Assembly (NCBI GenBank): GCA_965207615.1
Contig: CBDBMZ010000003.1
Coordinates: 1,069,855 to 1,133,854, forward strand
Direction of reading: 5' to 3'
DNA length: 64,000 bases
Origin: Vicinamibacterales bacterium
Lineage (GTDB): Bacteria > Acidobacteriota > Vicinamibacteria > Vicinamibacterales > UBA8438
Position numbers and translations under genes: made by a program
The notes under the pieces: model-generated
What the model was told of the DNA's origin: nothing
Databases searched by the model: none
What the model saw: only the letters and a program-made list of their open reading frames with translations
Part shown: positions 1-8,428 of the stretch, one piece after another
Layout of the letters: each line of letters begins with the position of its first letter
Position numbering within the stretch: position 1 is the stretch's first letter

Positions 1-159
1 TGCCGCCGGCCGATCGACGACGCAGCCGGTCACCGCCCGTGGTCCCAGCGGCACGAGGACACGGGTCCCCGTCTCCGGTACCGGCAACTCCGCAGGCACC
101 TCGTAGTCGAGGCGATCGAGGACGGGGACGGGGACGACCACGGAGACGACGCGAGGCAT
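1..159 (-). CDS. priA: primosomal protein N' (PriA), N-terminal fragment running off the left edge
   Basis: This is not in the ORF track because it is under 60 aa within the window. A minus-strand ATG at 159-157 opens MPRVVSVVVPVPVLDRLDYEVPAELPVPETGTRVLVPLGPRAVTGCVVDRPAA. That matches the conserved PriA N-terminal pattern (V.V.vP...ldr.ftY.vP..l..G.rV.VPlg.r...G.V). Confidence 0.5.
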   Translation of the reverse strand, partial: MPRVVSVVVPVPVLDRLDYEVPAELPVPETGTRVLVPLGPRAVTGCVVDRPAA

Positions 160-210
160 CGGCGATGAACGGCGGCGGCGGAACGCGCCGTCCCGGCGTT
201 CCACGGCACA

Positions 211-541
211 GGCTCCTGGCCCGCCCATCGTCGCCTTCGGCTCCGCCGGGCGCCCAACCAATCCTACAGGAGTCCGCGCCGTTCCCGCGCAGACTCCTCG
301 CCCGCCCATCGTCGCCTTCGGCTCCGCCGGGCGCCCAACCAATCCTACAGGAGTCCGCGCCGTTCCCGCGCAGACTCCTCGCCCGCCCATCGTCGCCCTC
401 GGCTCCGCCGGGCGCCCAACCAATCCTACAGGAGTCCGCGCCGTTCCCGCGCAGACTCCTCGCCCGCCCATCGTCGCCTTCGGCTCCGCCGGGCGCCCAA
501 CCAATCCTACAGGAGTCCGCGCCGTTCCCGCGCAGACTCCT
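211..541 (+). repeat. tandem array of about 4.1 copies of an 81-bp unit (founding locus of the intergenic repeat family)
   Basis: CCGCCCATCG recurs at 221, 302, 383 and 464, a strict 81-bp period. The copies are identical except for one substitution near 398. The last unit overlaps the 3' end of udg. Confidence 0.95.
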
Positions 542-1385
542 GCCGAGCGGACTCCGGCTCCGCGAGCAGGGCGCGGACCCGCTTCATGTCCTCCCAGACG
601 TCCCGCTTGCGCTCCGGGCTCCGCAGGAGAAAGGCGGGGTGGAAGGTCGGGATCAGCTTCGCCCCGCGATAGTCGAACACGCGCCCCCGCAGCCGGGAGA
701 CCGCCTCGTCGGTCTCGAGCAGGGTCCTGATGGCGAAGCCGCCGAGCGCCACCACCACCCGGGGCCGGATGACGTCGAGCTGCCGGAACAGGAACGGCTC
801 GCAGGTCGCGACCTCGTCCGGCTCCGGATTACGGTTGTTCGGGGGCCGGCACTTGATGACGTTGGCGATGTAGACCTCGTCGCGCGACAGGCCGATCGCC
901 GCGATGATCCGGGTCAGCAACTGCCCCGCCCGGCCCACGAACGGGATCCCCTGCCGGTCCTCGTCCCGCCCCGGCGCCTCGCCGACGAACACGAGGTCGG
1001 CGCTGGGGCTGCCGACCCCGAACACGAGGTTCGTCCGGCCCCCGTGCAGCTTGCAGCGGGTGCACTCGCCGAGGTCGGCGCGAACCGCCTCGAGCGTCTC
1101 CCGCGACGGCGCCGTCCCGGTCGTCGCCGCGGGGGCCGCCGAGACGGCGGATGCCGCAGCGGGGTCGCCGCCGGCCCGGGAATCCCGATCGCTCACCCCG
1201 TACGCGTCCCGGGCTCGAGCCGGGGTTACCGGCGCGCGGTCGGCAGGCCTGTTCCCCTGGTCTGCGGTAAGACGCACGAGATGCGCAGGACCACGCGCGC
1301 GCCAGATCGCGTCGCGGCTGACGCCCTCGACCCCCAGCTCCCGGAAGAACTCCAGGTGCCGCCTCAACTGCTCACGGTCGGTCAT
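507..1385 (-). CDS. udg: uracil-DNA glycosylase, family 4
   Basis: The motifs [20 protein letters not shown] and HPAFLLR are present. The start is taken at MTDREQL (internal ATG of ORF 507..1544) and overlaps the coaBC stop. Confidence 0.85.
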   Translation of the reverse strand: MTDREQLRRHLEFFRELGVEGVSRDAIWRARGPAHLVRLTADQGNRPADRAPVTPARARDAYGVSDRDSRAGGDPAAASAVSAAPAATTGTAPSRETLEAVRADLGECTRCKLHGGRTNLVFGVGSPSADLVFVGEAPGRDEDRQGIPFVGRAGQLLTRIIAAIGLSRDEVYIANVIKCRPPNNRNPEPDEVATCEPFLFRQLDVIRPRVVVALGGFAIRTLLETDEAVSRLRGRVFDYRGAKLIPTFHPAFLLRSPERKRDVWEDMKRVRALLAEPESARQESARERRGLL

Positions 1386-2610
1386 GGTCGGCGGTCTCGA
1401 CCGCCTCCGGCGGCCCGGCCAGCATTTCCCGAAGGCGGTCGAGGATCGCGCAGGCCAGGTCGCGCTTGGACTGCAACGGCAGGTCCGTCGTCCCCCCCGC
1501 CGCGACCAGGGTGGCGGCGTTCGTTTCCACATCGAACCCGGCATCGGCCCGCGATACGTCGTTGGCGACGATGAGATCCGCCCCCTTGGCCTCGAGCTTG
1601 GCCCGGGCCCGCGCGACGACGTCGCGGGTCTCGGCCGCGAACCCGACGAGCACCGGCCGGCGCCGGCCGGCGCGCCTTCGGCCGAGCTCCCGCAGAACGT
1701 CGGCGGTGCGGGTCAGGGTCAGGGTCAGGGTCTCGGACTCCTTCGCGATCTTCTGCCCGCGAGGCCCCCCGGCCGGCGTGTAGTCGGCCACCGCGGCGGC
1801 CATGACCACGGCGTCGGCCTCGTCCGCCCGGCCCGTCACCGCCGCTTGCATGTCGGCCGCGCTCCGCACCGCGATCACCTCGGCCCCGGCCGGAGGCTCC
1901 AGGCGGCACGGGCCGGACACCAGCACCACCCGGGCGCCGCGGTCGACCGCTTCCGCGGCCAGCGCGTACCCCATCCGACCGCTCGAGCGGTTGCCGACGA
2001 AGCGCACCGGGTCGAGGTCCTCGAAGGTCGGTCCCGCGGTGACGAGGAGCCGTCGCCCCGCGAGGTCGCCCTCCCCCGGCCGGAGCCGGCGCTCGACGGC
2101 GGCGACTACGTCGTCGACGGAAGCGAGCCGACCCGGGCCCGTCCATCCGCACGCGAGGTATCCCTCGCCGGGGGCGACCACGTGCGCCCCTCGCGCCTCC
2201 AGCGCGGCGAGGTTGGCGGCGACCGCCGCGTGCTCGTACATGTTCGTGTTCATGGCGGGGGCGACGACGACCGGCGCCCGCGTCACGAGGTAGAGCGAGG
2301 TCAGGAAATCGTCGGCGATGCCGTGGGCGAGCTTCCCGATGATGTTGGCGGTGGCCGGCGCCACCAGCAGCGCCCGGATGTCGGTGGCCAGCGCTACGTG
2401 CTCGATGGTCGCGTTCGCGCCCGGCGCGAACTGATCGGTGATGACCGGCCGCCGCGTGATCGCCTCGAACGTCAGCGATCCGACGAAGCGGCGGGCGTTG
2501 GACGTCATGGTCACGACGACGTCGTGTCCCTTGTCCTGAAGCCGGCGGACGATCTCGACCGCCTTGTAGGCGCCGATGCCGCCGCTCACCCCCACCGCGA
2601 TCAGCGCCAT
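1372..2610 (-). CDS. coaBC: bifunctional phosphopantothenoylcysteine decarboxylase / phosphopantothenate-cysteine ligase
   Basis: The N-terminus reads [24 protein letters not shown] (flavoprotein domain), and the CoaB-like part carries [11 protein letters not shown]. The start was chosen inside ORF 1372..3321. The product is 412 aa. Confidence 0.9.
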   Translation of the reverse strand: MALIAVGVSGGIGAYKAVEIVRRLQDKGHDVVVTMTSNARRFVGSLTFEAITRRPVITDQFAPGANATIEHVALATDIRALLVAPATANIIGKLAHGIADDFLTSLYLVTRAPVVVAPAMNTNMYEHAAVAANLAALEARGAHVVAPGEGYLACGWTGPGRLASVDDVVAAVERRLRPGEGDLAGRRLLVTAGPTFEDLDPVRFVGNRSSGRMGYALAAEAVDRGARVVLVSGPCRLEPPAGAEVIAVRSAADMQAAVTGRADEADAVVMAAAVADYTPAGGPRGQKIAKESETLTLTLTRTADVLRELGRRRAGRRRPVLVGFAAETRDVVARARAKLEAKGADLIVANDVSRADAGFDVETNAATLVAAGGTTDLPLQSKRDLACAILDRLREMLAGPPEAVETADHDRP

Positions 2611-3257
2611 GGCACGGCCCCGCTGTCCGGTTCCCCGAAGCTCTCCGCGATCGCCCGCGCGGCGGCGCCTGCCGCGCGCCACGACTGGCGCTCGGCCCCG
2701 ACGATGCACCGCAGGCGCTCGACGCAGTCCTCCAGGTCGTCGTTGACGACCACGTAATCGTACTCCGCGACGTGCCGGACCTCGCGCCGCGCGACGCTCA
2801 GCCGGCGCCGAATCTCGGCCTCGGTGAGGCGGTCGCCGGGCCGGCGGCGCAGGCGGTCCTCGAGTACGGCGGGGGACGGCGGCAGCAGGAAGATGCCGAC
2901 CGCCCCCGGCTCCAGCCCCCGGACCTGCCTGGCGCCCTGCACGTCGATGACGAGGACGAGACTGAGACCGGCTTCGAGGCGGCGCCGGGTATCGGGGGCG
3001 CGGGTGCCGTAGAGGTGACCGAACACCTCGGCCCACTCGAGGAACTCGCCCGCCGCGCGCATCGAGTCGAAGCGTTCCCGGTCCACGAAGTGGTAGTCGA
3101 CGCCGTCCCGCTCGCTCGGACGCGGGGGGCGCGAGGTGTAGCTTCGGGACCGTTCGAGTCCGGCCACCCGCGCGACCAGCGTGTCGACGGCGGTGGTCTT
3201 CCCCGTGCCCGACGGGGCCGAGACCACGAAGAGGCTCCCCTTGCCGTTCACGCGCAC
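2601..3257 (-). CDS. gmk: guanylate kinase
   Basis: A P-loop ([10 protein letters not shown]) and the YHFVDRERF and [12 protein letters not shown] motifs are present. The gene uses a GTG start and overlaps the coaBC start by 10 nt. Confidence 0.9.
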   Translation of the reverse strand: MRVNGKGSLFVVSAPSGTGKTTAVDTLVARVAGLERSRSYTSRPPRPSERDGVDYHFVDRERFDSMRAAGEFLEWAEVFGHLYGTRAPDTRRRLEAGLSLVLVIDVQGARQVRGLEPGAVGIFLLPPSPAVLEDRLRRRPGDRLTEAEIRRRLSVARREVRHVAEYDYVVVNDDLEDCVERLRCIVGAERQSWRAAGAAARAIAESFGEPDSGAVPWR

Positions 3258-3345
3258 GCCCCTGGCCCGGGAACCGTCGCCCTCGGCTCCGATTCCCGCC
3301 CGACCGACCCGCCGGGAGCACGCATCGTTCCCACCGTGCGTTCTC

Positions 3346-4233
3346 CTATTCCACGTTCTGGACCTGCTCCCGCAGCTTCTCGAGCTCGGCCTTGGCCGTC
3401 ACCACGAGCTCGCTCGCGTCGGCGCCCTCCACCTTTGCGCCCAGCGTGTTGACCTCCCGGTTCATCTCCTGCAGGAGGAAGTCCAGCTTGCGGCCGCACG
3501 GCTCGGTCGAGCCGGTCAGGGCGGACCAGTGGGCGAGATGACCGCGCAGCCGGGTGATCTCCTCGCTGACGTCCGAGCGGGCCGCGAACCGCACGACCTC
3601 CTGGGCCACCGCCGCCTCCTCGATGCCGGCATGCCCCCGCAGCTCCTCGAGGCGGGTACCGAGCCGCGACACCAACTCGGCGCGCCCTGACTCGGCCGCC
3701 GCTTCCAGGTGGCCGACGAGGTCCGACAGGGTGCGGCACCGCGCCTCGAGGTCGGCCAGCAGGTACCCGCCCTCGCGCACGCGCATGGCGTCCAGATCGC
3801 GCAGCACCTCCTCGACCGCCGCGGTCGCGGCGCGCCCCAGCGCGGCCCGGCCCGCCTCGTCCAGCTCCAGCTCCTCGACCACGAGCGCCCGCGGGAACCG
3901 CAGGAGGTCGCCGGCGGTCAGGCCGCCGGTGGCGACACCCCGCGCACGGGCCTGCTCGACGGCGGCCGAGAGCGCGTCGACGAGCGGCTCGTTCAGGGCG
4001 ACCTCGACTTCGGGCTGCCCGAGAAGCCGGGCGGTCACCGCCAACTCGACGCGGCCGCGCGCCACCCAGCGCTGGACGGCGCCGCGCAACTCGACCTCGA
4101 CCGGCGCCAGCAGCGGCGGCAGCCGCACCTGGATGTCGAGGTAGCGGTGGTTGACGGTCCGCGCCGTGATGCCGAGGGCCGCCGTCTCGTGCTCCCGGCT
4201 ACCGGACGCGAACCCGGTCATCGACTTGATCAT
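3346..4233 (-). CDS. yicC: YicC-family stress-induced protein / endoribonuclease
   Basis: The N-terminus is MIKSMTGFASG and the C-terminus carries DVSEEITRL...KLDFLLQEMNREVNTLGAK. It is the C-terminal 295 aa of ORF 3346..5625. Its start overlaps the msbA stop (ATGA). Confidence 0.85.
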   Translation of the reverse strand: MIKSMTGFASGSREHETAALGITARTVNHRYLDIQVRLPPLLAPVEVELRGAVQRWVARGRVELAVTARLLGQPEVEVALNEPLVDALSAAVEQARARGVATGGLTAGDLLRFPRALVVEELELDEAGRAALGRAATAAVEEVLRDLDAMRVREGGYLLADLEARCRTLSDLVGHLEAAAESGRAELVSRLGTRLEELRGHAGIEEAAVAQEVVRFAARSDVSEEITRLRGHLAHWSALTGSTEPCGRKLDFLLQEMNREVNTLGAKVEGADASELVVTAKAELEKLREQVQNVE

Positions 4234-6017
4234 CGCGTTGCACTCGTCAACGGGGCCGCCGCGGGGGCGGCGACCGCCGCCCGCTCGTCGCCCTCCTGCC
4301 CGAACACCTGCGTCGCATAGAGCTTCGCATAGCTGCTGCCGGGACGCGCCAGCAGCTCCTCGTGACGGCCGGACTCCACCACCCGCCCGCCCTCGAGCAC
4401 GATGATGGCGTCGGCCCGCCGGATGGTCGAGAGGCGGTGGGCGATGACGAACGCGGTGCGGTTGAGCAGGAGCCTCGCCAACGCGTCCTGGACGAGCAGC
4501 TCCGACTCCGCGTCGAGGGCCGACGTCGCCTCGTCGAGCACGAGGATGGGCGGGTTCCTGAGCAGGGCCCGCGCAATCGTGAGCCGCTGGCGCTGGCCGC
4601 CCGACAGCCGCTGCCCGCGCTCTCCGATGACGGTATCGTAGCCCTGCGGAAGATCCACGATGAACTCGTGGGCATGGGCGGCGCGCGCCACCGCCACGAT
4701 CGACTCCCGGGAAGCGCCCGGCGCCGCGTAGGCGATGTTGTCGGCCACCGACGCGTCGAAGAGGAACGTCTCCTGGGTCACGATGCCGATGGCCCCGCGC
4801 AACGACTGCAACGTCACGTCGCGGACGTCCGTTCCGTCGATCAGGATGCCCCCCTCGGTGACGTCGTGGAACCGCGGCACGAGGTTGACGAGGGTCGATT
4901 TTCCCGCCCCGCTGAGCCCCACCACCGCCACCACTTCGCCCGCCCGCACCGCGAAAGACACGCCGCGCAGGACCGGCTCGTCGTCGTCGGGGTACCGGAA
5001 AGTCACGTCGCGAAACTCGATGCTCGACCCGAACGGCGGAAGCGCCCCGGCCCCGGGCCGCTCGGGGGTGCCGGTGCGGGTGTCCAGGACCTCGAAGATC
5101 CGCTCGGCCGCGGCAATCGCCTGCTGGATGTTGGCGTTCACCCGGCTCAGCTTCCTCACGGGACCGTACATCAGCAGGAGCGCGGTCATGAACGACGTGA
5201 ACTCTCCGGCCGTCAGATCGCCGGCCGCGATCTCCCGGCTTCCGTACCAGAGGATCCCCGCGATGGCGATGCCCCCCAGCAGCTCGATCAACGACGGCAG
5301 GATCGAGAGGGCGCTCGTGATCCTCATGATCGTCCGGTACAGCTGGTGCGAGGCGCGCGTGAACTTCTGCCGCTCGAACGGCTCGGCCTGAAACGCCTGG
5401 ACGATGCGGTGACCGGTGAGCGCCTCCACCGCGAGATGCGACAGGTGCTCGACCTCCTCCTGGCCGCGGCGCGTCGTCTGCCGCACGAGCTGCCCCAGCC
5501 GAACCAGGGGATACACCACCAGCGGCGCGCCGGTCATGCACACCAGCGCGAGCCTCGCGTCCTGGTAGAACAGCAGGCCGGCGAACGCGCACAACGCCAG
5601 CGACTCGCGTATCAGATCGCCGCACGTCTCCGAAACGACCTGTTGCACGCGGTTCACGTCGCTGGTTAGCCGCGACAGCAATCGTCCCGTCGTCCGCGCC
5701 CCGAAGAACGTCCTCGACTGGCCGAGCATGTGCCCGAAGAGCTCGGTGCGCACGTCGTGGACGAGCCGCTGCCCCGCGTCGGCCATCAGGTAGACGGAGA
5801 AGTAGGCGCCGGCCCCCTTGGCCAGGTAGAGCCCCACCAGTGCGCCGCAGATCAACGCGACCTGGTCGCCGGCGGGAAGCAGCTGGTCGAAGATCGGCTC
5901 GATGATGTAGGCCAGCCCGCCCGAGGCGAGGGCGTAGAGCACCATGGCGGGCAGCGCGGCAATGACGCGCAGCCGGTGGGGCAGGACGAATCGCAGCAGC
6001 CGGAGCAGTGGATTCAC
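4230..6017 (-). CDS. msbA: ABC transporter permease/ATPase, MsbA-like lipid exporter
   Basis: A six-TM domain is followed by Walker A (GLSGAGKST), the signature LSGGQRQR and Walker B (ILVLDEATSALD). The GTG start (VNPLLRLL) overlaps the galE TGA (GTGA). Confidence 0.8.
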   Translation of the reverse strand: MNPLLRLLRFVLPHRLRVIAALPAMVLYALASGGLAYIIEPIFDQLLPAGDQVALICGALVGLYLAKGAGAYFSVYLMADAGQRLVHDVRTELFGHMLGQSRTFFGARTTGRLLSRLTSDVNRVQQVVSETCGDLIRESLALCAFAGLLFYQDARLALVCMTGAPLVVYPLVRLGQLVRQTTRRGQEEVEHLSHLAVEALTGHRIVQAFQAEPFERQKFTRASHQLYRTIMRITSALSILPSLIELLGGIAIAGILWYGSREIAAGDLTAGEFTSFMTALLLMYGPVRKLSRVNANIQQAIAAAERIFEVLDTRTGTPERPGAGALPPFGSSIEFRDVTFRYPDDDEPVLRGVSFAVRAGEVVAVVGLSGAGKSTLVNLVPRFHDVTEGGILIDGTDVRDVTLQSLRGAIGIVTQETFLFDASVADNIAYAAPGASRESIVAVARAAHAHEFIVDLPQGYDTVIGERGQRLSGGQRQRLTIARALLRNPPILVLDEATSALDAESELLVQDALARLLLNRTAFVIAHRLSTIRRADAIIVLEGGRVVESGRHEELLARPGSSYAKLYATQVFGQEGDERAAVAAPAAAPLTSATR

Positions 6018-7006
6018 GGTGTGGTCGAGCCGAACCCTTCCGGGTGGCGCTCGCGCCAGCGCCAGGCGGTCGAGACGATGTCGTCCAGCTCCGTGTGGAC
6101 CGGCCGCCAGCCGAGATCGCGCTCTATGCGCCCCGCCGCGGCGAAGAGCACCGGCGGATCGCCGGCGCGGCGCGGGGCCGGCTCGGCCGGGACGCGGCGG
6201 CCCGTCACCCGTTCCACGCTGCGAATCACGTCCCGCACGGAGTGCGGCGTCCCCGTGCCCAGATTGTAGACCCTCGCGCCGCCGGGGGCCGGCGCGTCGA
6301 GGGCCCGGACGTGCGCGGCGGCGATGTCCGCGACGTGCACGTAGTCGCGCTGGCACGTGCCGTCCGGGGTGGGGTAGTCGTCGCCGAACACCCGGAGCGG
6401 AGCTCCCCCGCAGGCCGCGTCGAGGGCGCGCGGAATCAGGTGGATCTCGGGGTCGTGGTCCTCGCCGAGGTCGCCGTCGGGGTCTGCCCCGGCCGCGTTG
6501 AAGTAGCGCAGGGCGATGGACTGCAGGCCGTAGGCCCGGCCGTAGTCGCGCAGGGCGCGCTCGACGGCCAGCTTCGAGCTCCCATAGGCGTTGATGGGGT
6601 CGGTGGGGTGATCCTCGTCGATCGGGGTCGCCACCGGATTGCCGTACACCGCGCAGGTCGACGACAGCACGAGCCGGCCGACCCCTGCGGCGCGCATCGC
6701 GTCGAGCACCGAGAGCCCGCCCCGCACGTTGTGCTCGTAGTAGCGGCTCGGATCACGCACCGACTCCTCCACCGAGAGGAGCCCCGCGAAGTGCATCACC
6801 GCGGAGACGCCGTGCTGCCGCAAGGCCGCCTCGAGCCGGGCGGTCTCGCGAACGTCGCCCTCGACGAGGGGCAGGCCCCGCACCGCCGCGCGGTGGCCGG
6901 CGCTGAGGTTGTCGTAGACGACGACGGCGCGCCCCGCCGCCCGGAGGGCCTTGACGGCATGGCTGCCGATATAGCCGGCGCCGCCCGTCACCAGCACCGT
7001 GCTCAT
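6014..7006 (-). CDS. galE: UDP-glucose 4-epimerase
   Basis: The N-terminus MSTVLVTGGAGYIGSH and a YGSSK catalytic motif place this in the extended SDR family. Confidence 0.9.
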   Translation of the reverse strand: MSTVLVTGGAGYIGSHAVKALRAAGRAVVVYDNLSAGHRAAVRGLPLVEGDVRETARLEAALRQHGVSAVMHFAGLLSVEESVRDPSRYYEHNVRGGLSVLDAMRAAGVGRLVLSSTCAVYGNPVATPIDEDHPTDPINAYGSSKLAVERALRDYGRAYGLQSIALRYFNAAGADPDGDLGEDHDPEIHLIPRALDAACGGAPLRVFGDDYPTPDGTCQRDYVHVADIAAAHVRALDAPAPGGARVYNLGTGTPHSVRDVIRSVERVTGRRVPAEPAPRRAGDPPVLFAAAGRIERDLGWRPVHTELDDIVSTAWRWRERHPEGFGSTTP

Positions 7007-7013
7007 CGGCAGC

Positions 7014-8309
7014 TCAACGCCCGATCGAGTGGTAGCGGAAGCCGAGGTCGCGCATCTCGGCGGGGTCGAACAGGTTGCGGCCGTCGAAGATCATCGCTTC
7101 CCGCATCAACTCGCGCATGCGCGGAAGGTCGGGCTCGCGGAACTCGTTCCACTCGGTCAGGATGGCCAGCGCATCGGCCTCCTTCAGCACTTCGTAGCTG
7201 TCGGACGCCAGGCTGATGCGCGAGGCGAAGAGCCGCCGGGCGGACTCGTTGGCCTGGGGGTCGTAGGCCGCGACCTCGGCTCCCGCCGCGAGGAGGGCCT
7301 CGATGACGGTGATGGACGGCGCTTCCCGCATGTCGTCGGTACGCGGCTTGAACGACAGCCCCCAGACGGCGATGCGACGCCCGTCGAGCGAGCCCATGGC
7401 GTCGACCATCTTGTCGACCAGTCGGCGTTTCTGGGCGGCGTTCACCGCCTCGACCGCCTCGAGGATCCGGAAATGGTAGTCGGCGCCGCGGGCCAGCCGG
7501 CCCAACGCCTTGACGTCCTTGGGAAAGCAGCTCCCGCCGTAGCCGATGCCGGGAAACAGGAAGGACGGACCGATGCGGCGGTCCGAGGCGACGACGCGGC
7601 GCACGTGGTCGACGTTGGCACCCACGACGTCGCACACGTTGGCCATCTCGTTCATGAACGACACGCGCGTGGCGAGCATCGCATTCGCGGCGTACTTGCT
7701 GAGCTCCGCGCTCGCCGAGTCCATGATCTCGATGGGGGCGCCGGTGCGCGTGAAGGGCTTGTGGATGGACGCCATCAGCCGGGCCGCGCGCTCGTCGGCG
7801 GCGCCGATGACGACGCGATCGGGCTTCAGGAAGTCGTCGACGGCGGACCCCTGCTTGAGGAACTCGGGGTTGCTCACGACGCTGAACGACTCGCTCGTCT
7901 CTTCGCCTATGGCCGCCTCCACGCGGCGGGCGGTGCCCACCGGCACCGTGCTCTTCAGGGCCACGACCGTGTAGCCGGCCATCGCCCTGCCGACGTCGCG
8001 CGCCGCGCGCAGGACGTGCTGCACGTCGGCCGAGCCGTCCTCGTCGGACGGCGTGCCCACCGCGATGAACACAACCTCGGAGTCGCGGGCGGCGGGGACG
8101 AGGGTCGTGTCGAAGGTGAGCCGCTGCTTGGCCGCGTTCCGGACCACGAGCTCGTCGAGCCCCGGCTCGTAGATGGGAAGGCGGCCCATCCGCAGAGACT
8201 CGATCTTGCCCTCGTCGACGTCGACGCAGGTGACCTCGTTGCCCGTCTCGGCCAGGCATGCGCCGACCACGAGACCGACGTAGCCCGCGCCGACGACCGT
8301 CATTCTCAT
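7014..8309 (-). CDS. ugd: UDP-glucose 6-dehydrogenase
   Basis: The motifs VVGAGYVGLVVGACLA and GIGYGGSCFPKD (catalytic Cys) are present. The product is 431 aa. Confidence 0.9.
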   Translation of the reverse strand: MRMTVVGAGYVGLVVGACLAETGNEVTCVDVDEGKIESLRMGRLPIYEPGLDELVVRNAAKQRLTFDTTLVPAARDSEVVFIAVGTPSDEDGSADVQHVLRAARDVGRAMAGYTVVALKSTVPVGTARRVEAAIGEETSESFSVVSNPEFLKQGSAVDDFLKPDRVVIGAADERAARLMASIHKPFTRTGAPIEIMDSASAELSKYAANAMLATRVSFMNEMANVCDVVGANVDHVRRVVASDRRIGPSFLFPGIGYGGSCFPKDVKALGRLARGADYHFRILEAVEAVNAAQKRRLVDKMVDAMGSLDGRRIAVWGLSFKPRTDDMREAPSITVIEALLAAGAEVAAYDPQANESARRLFASRISLASDSYEVLKEADALAILTEWNEFREPDLPRMRELMREAMIFDGRNLFDPAEMRDLGFRYHSIGR

Positions 8310-8405
8310 GGGTTACCGGTGATTCCGAGAAGTCCGGGGTCGAACCGCGCCACCGGGGCGGGGCCACAGCGTGGAGCCCGGAGCGGAAGACGCGTCCGCG
8401 ACATG

Positions 8406-8424
8406 CCTGTACAGGATACTAGTA
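8406..8424. promoter_or_regulatory. two adjacent perfect palindromes in the ugd / GT4 divergent control region
   Basis: CCTGTACAGG (8406-8415) and TACTAGTA (8417-8424) lie 5 nt upstream of the GT4 ATG at 8429. Confidence 0.35.
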
Positions 8425-8428
8425 GTGG

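Noticed and set aside
211-541. A possible CRISPR array, given its regular short repeats.
   Set aside because: The units are contiguous with no unique spacers. The period is 81 bp with near-identical full-length copies, and there are no cas genes in the window.
39-1574. A 511-aa + strand ORF whose product contains four [26 protein letters not shown] repeats.
   Set aside because: The repeats are simply the 81-bp DNA array translated. The rest of the ORF runs antisense to the well-supported udg gene and consists of Arg/Pro/Gly-rich low-complexity sequence typical of off-frame ORFs in GC-rich DNA.
2601-2610. An expected rpoZ between gmk and coaBC.
   Set aside because: The two genes overlap by 10 nt, so there is no room for it. 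rpoZ must be elsewhere in the genome, and this is not an annotation gap.
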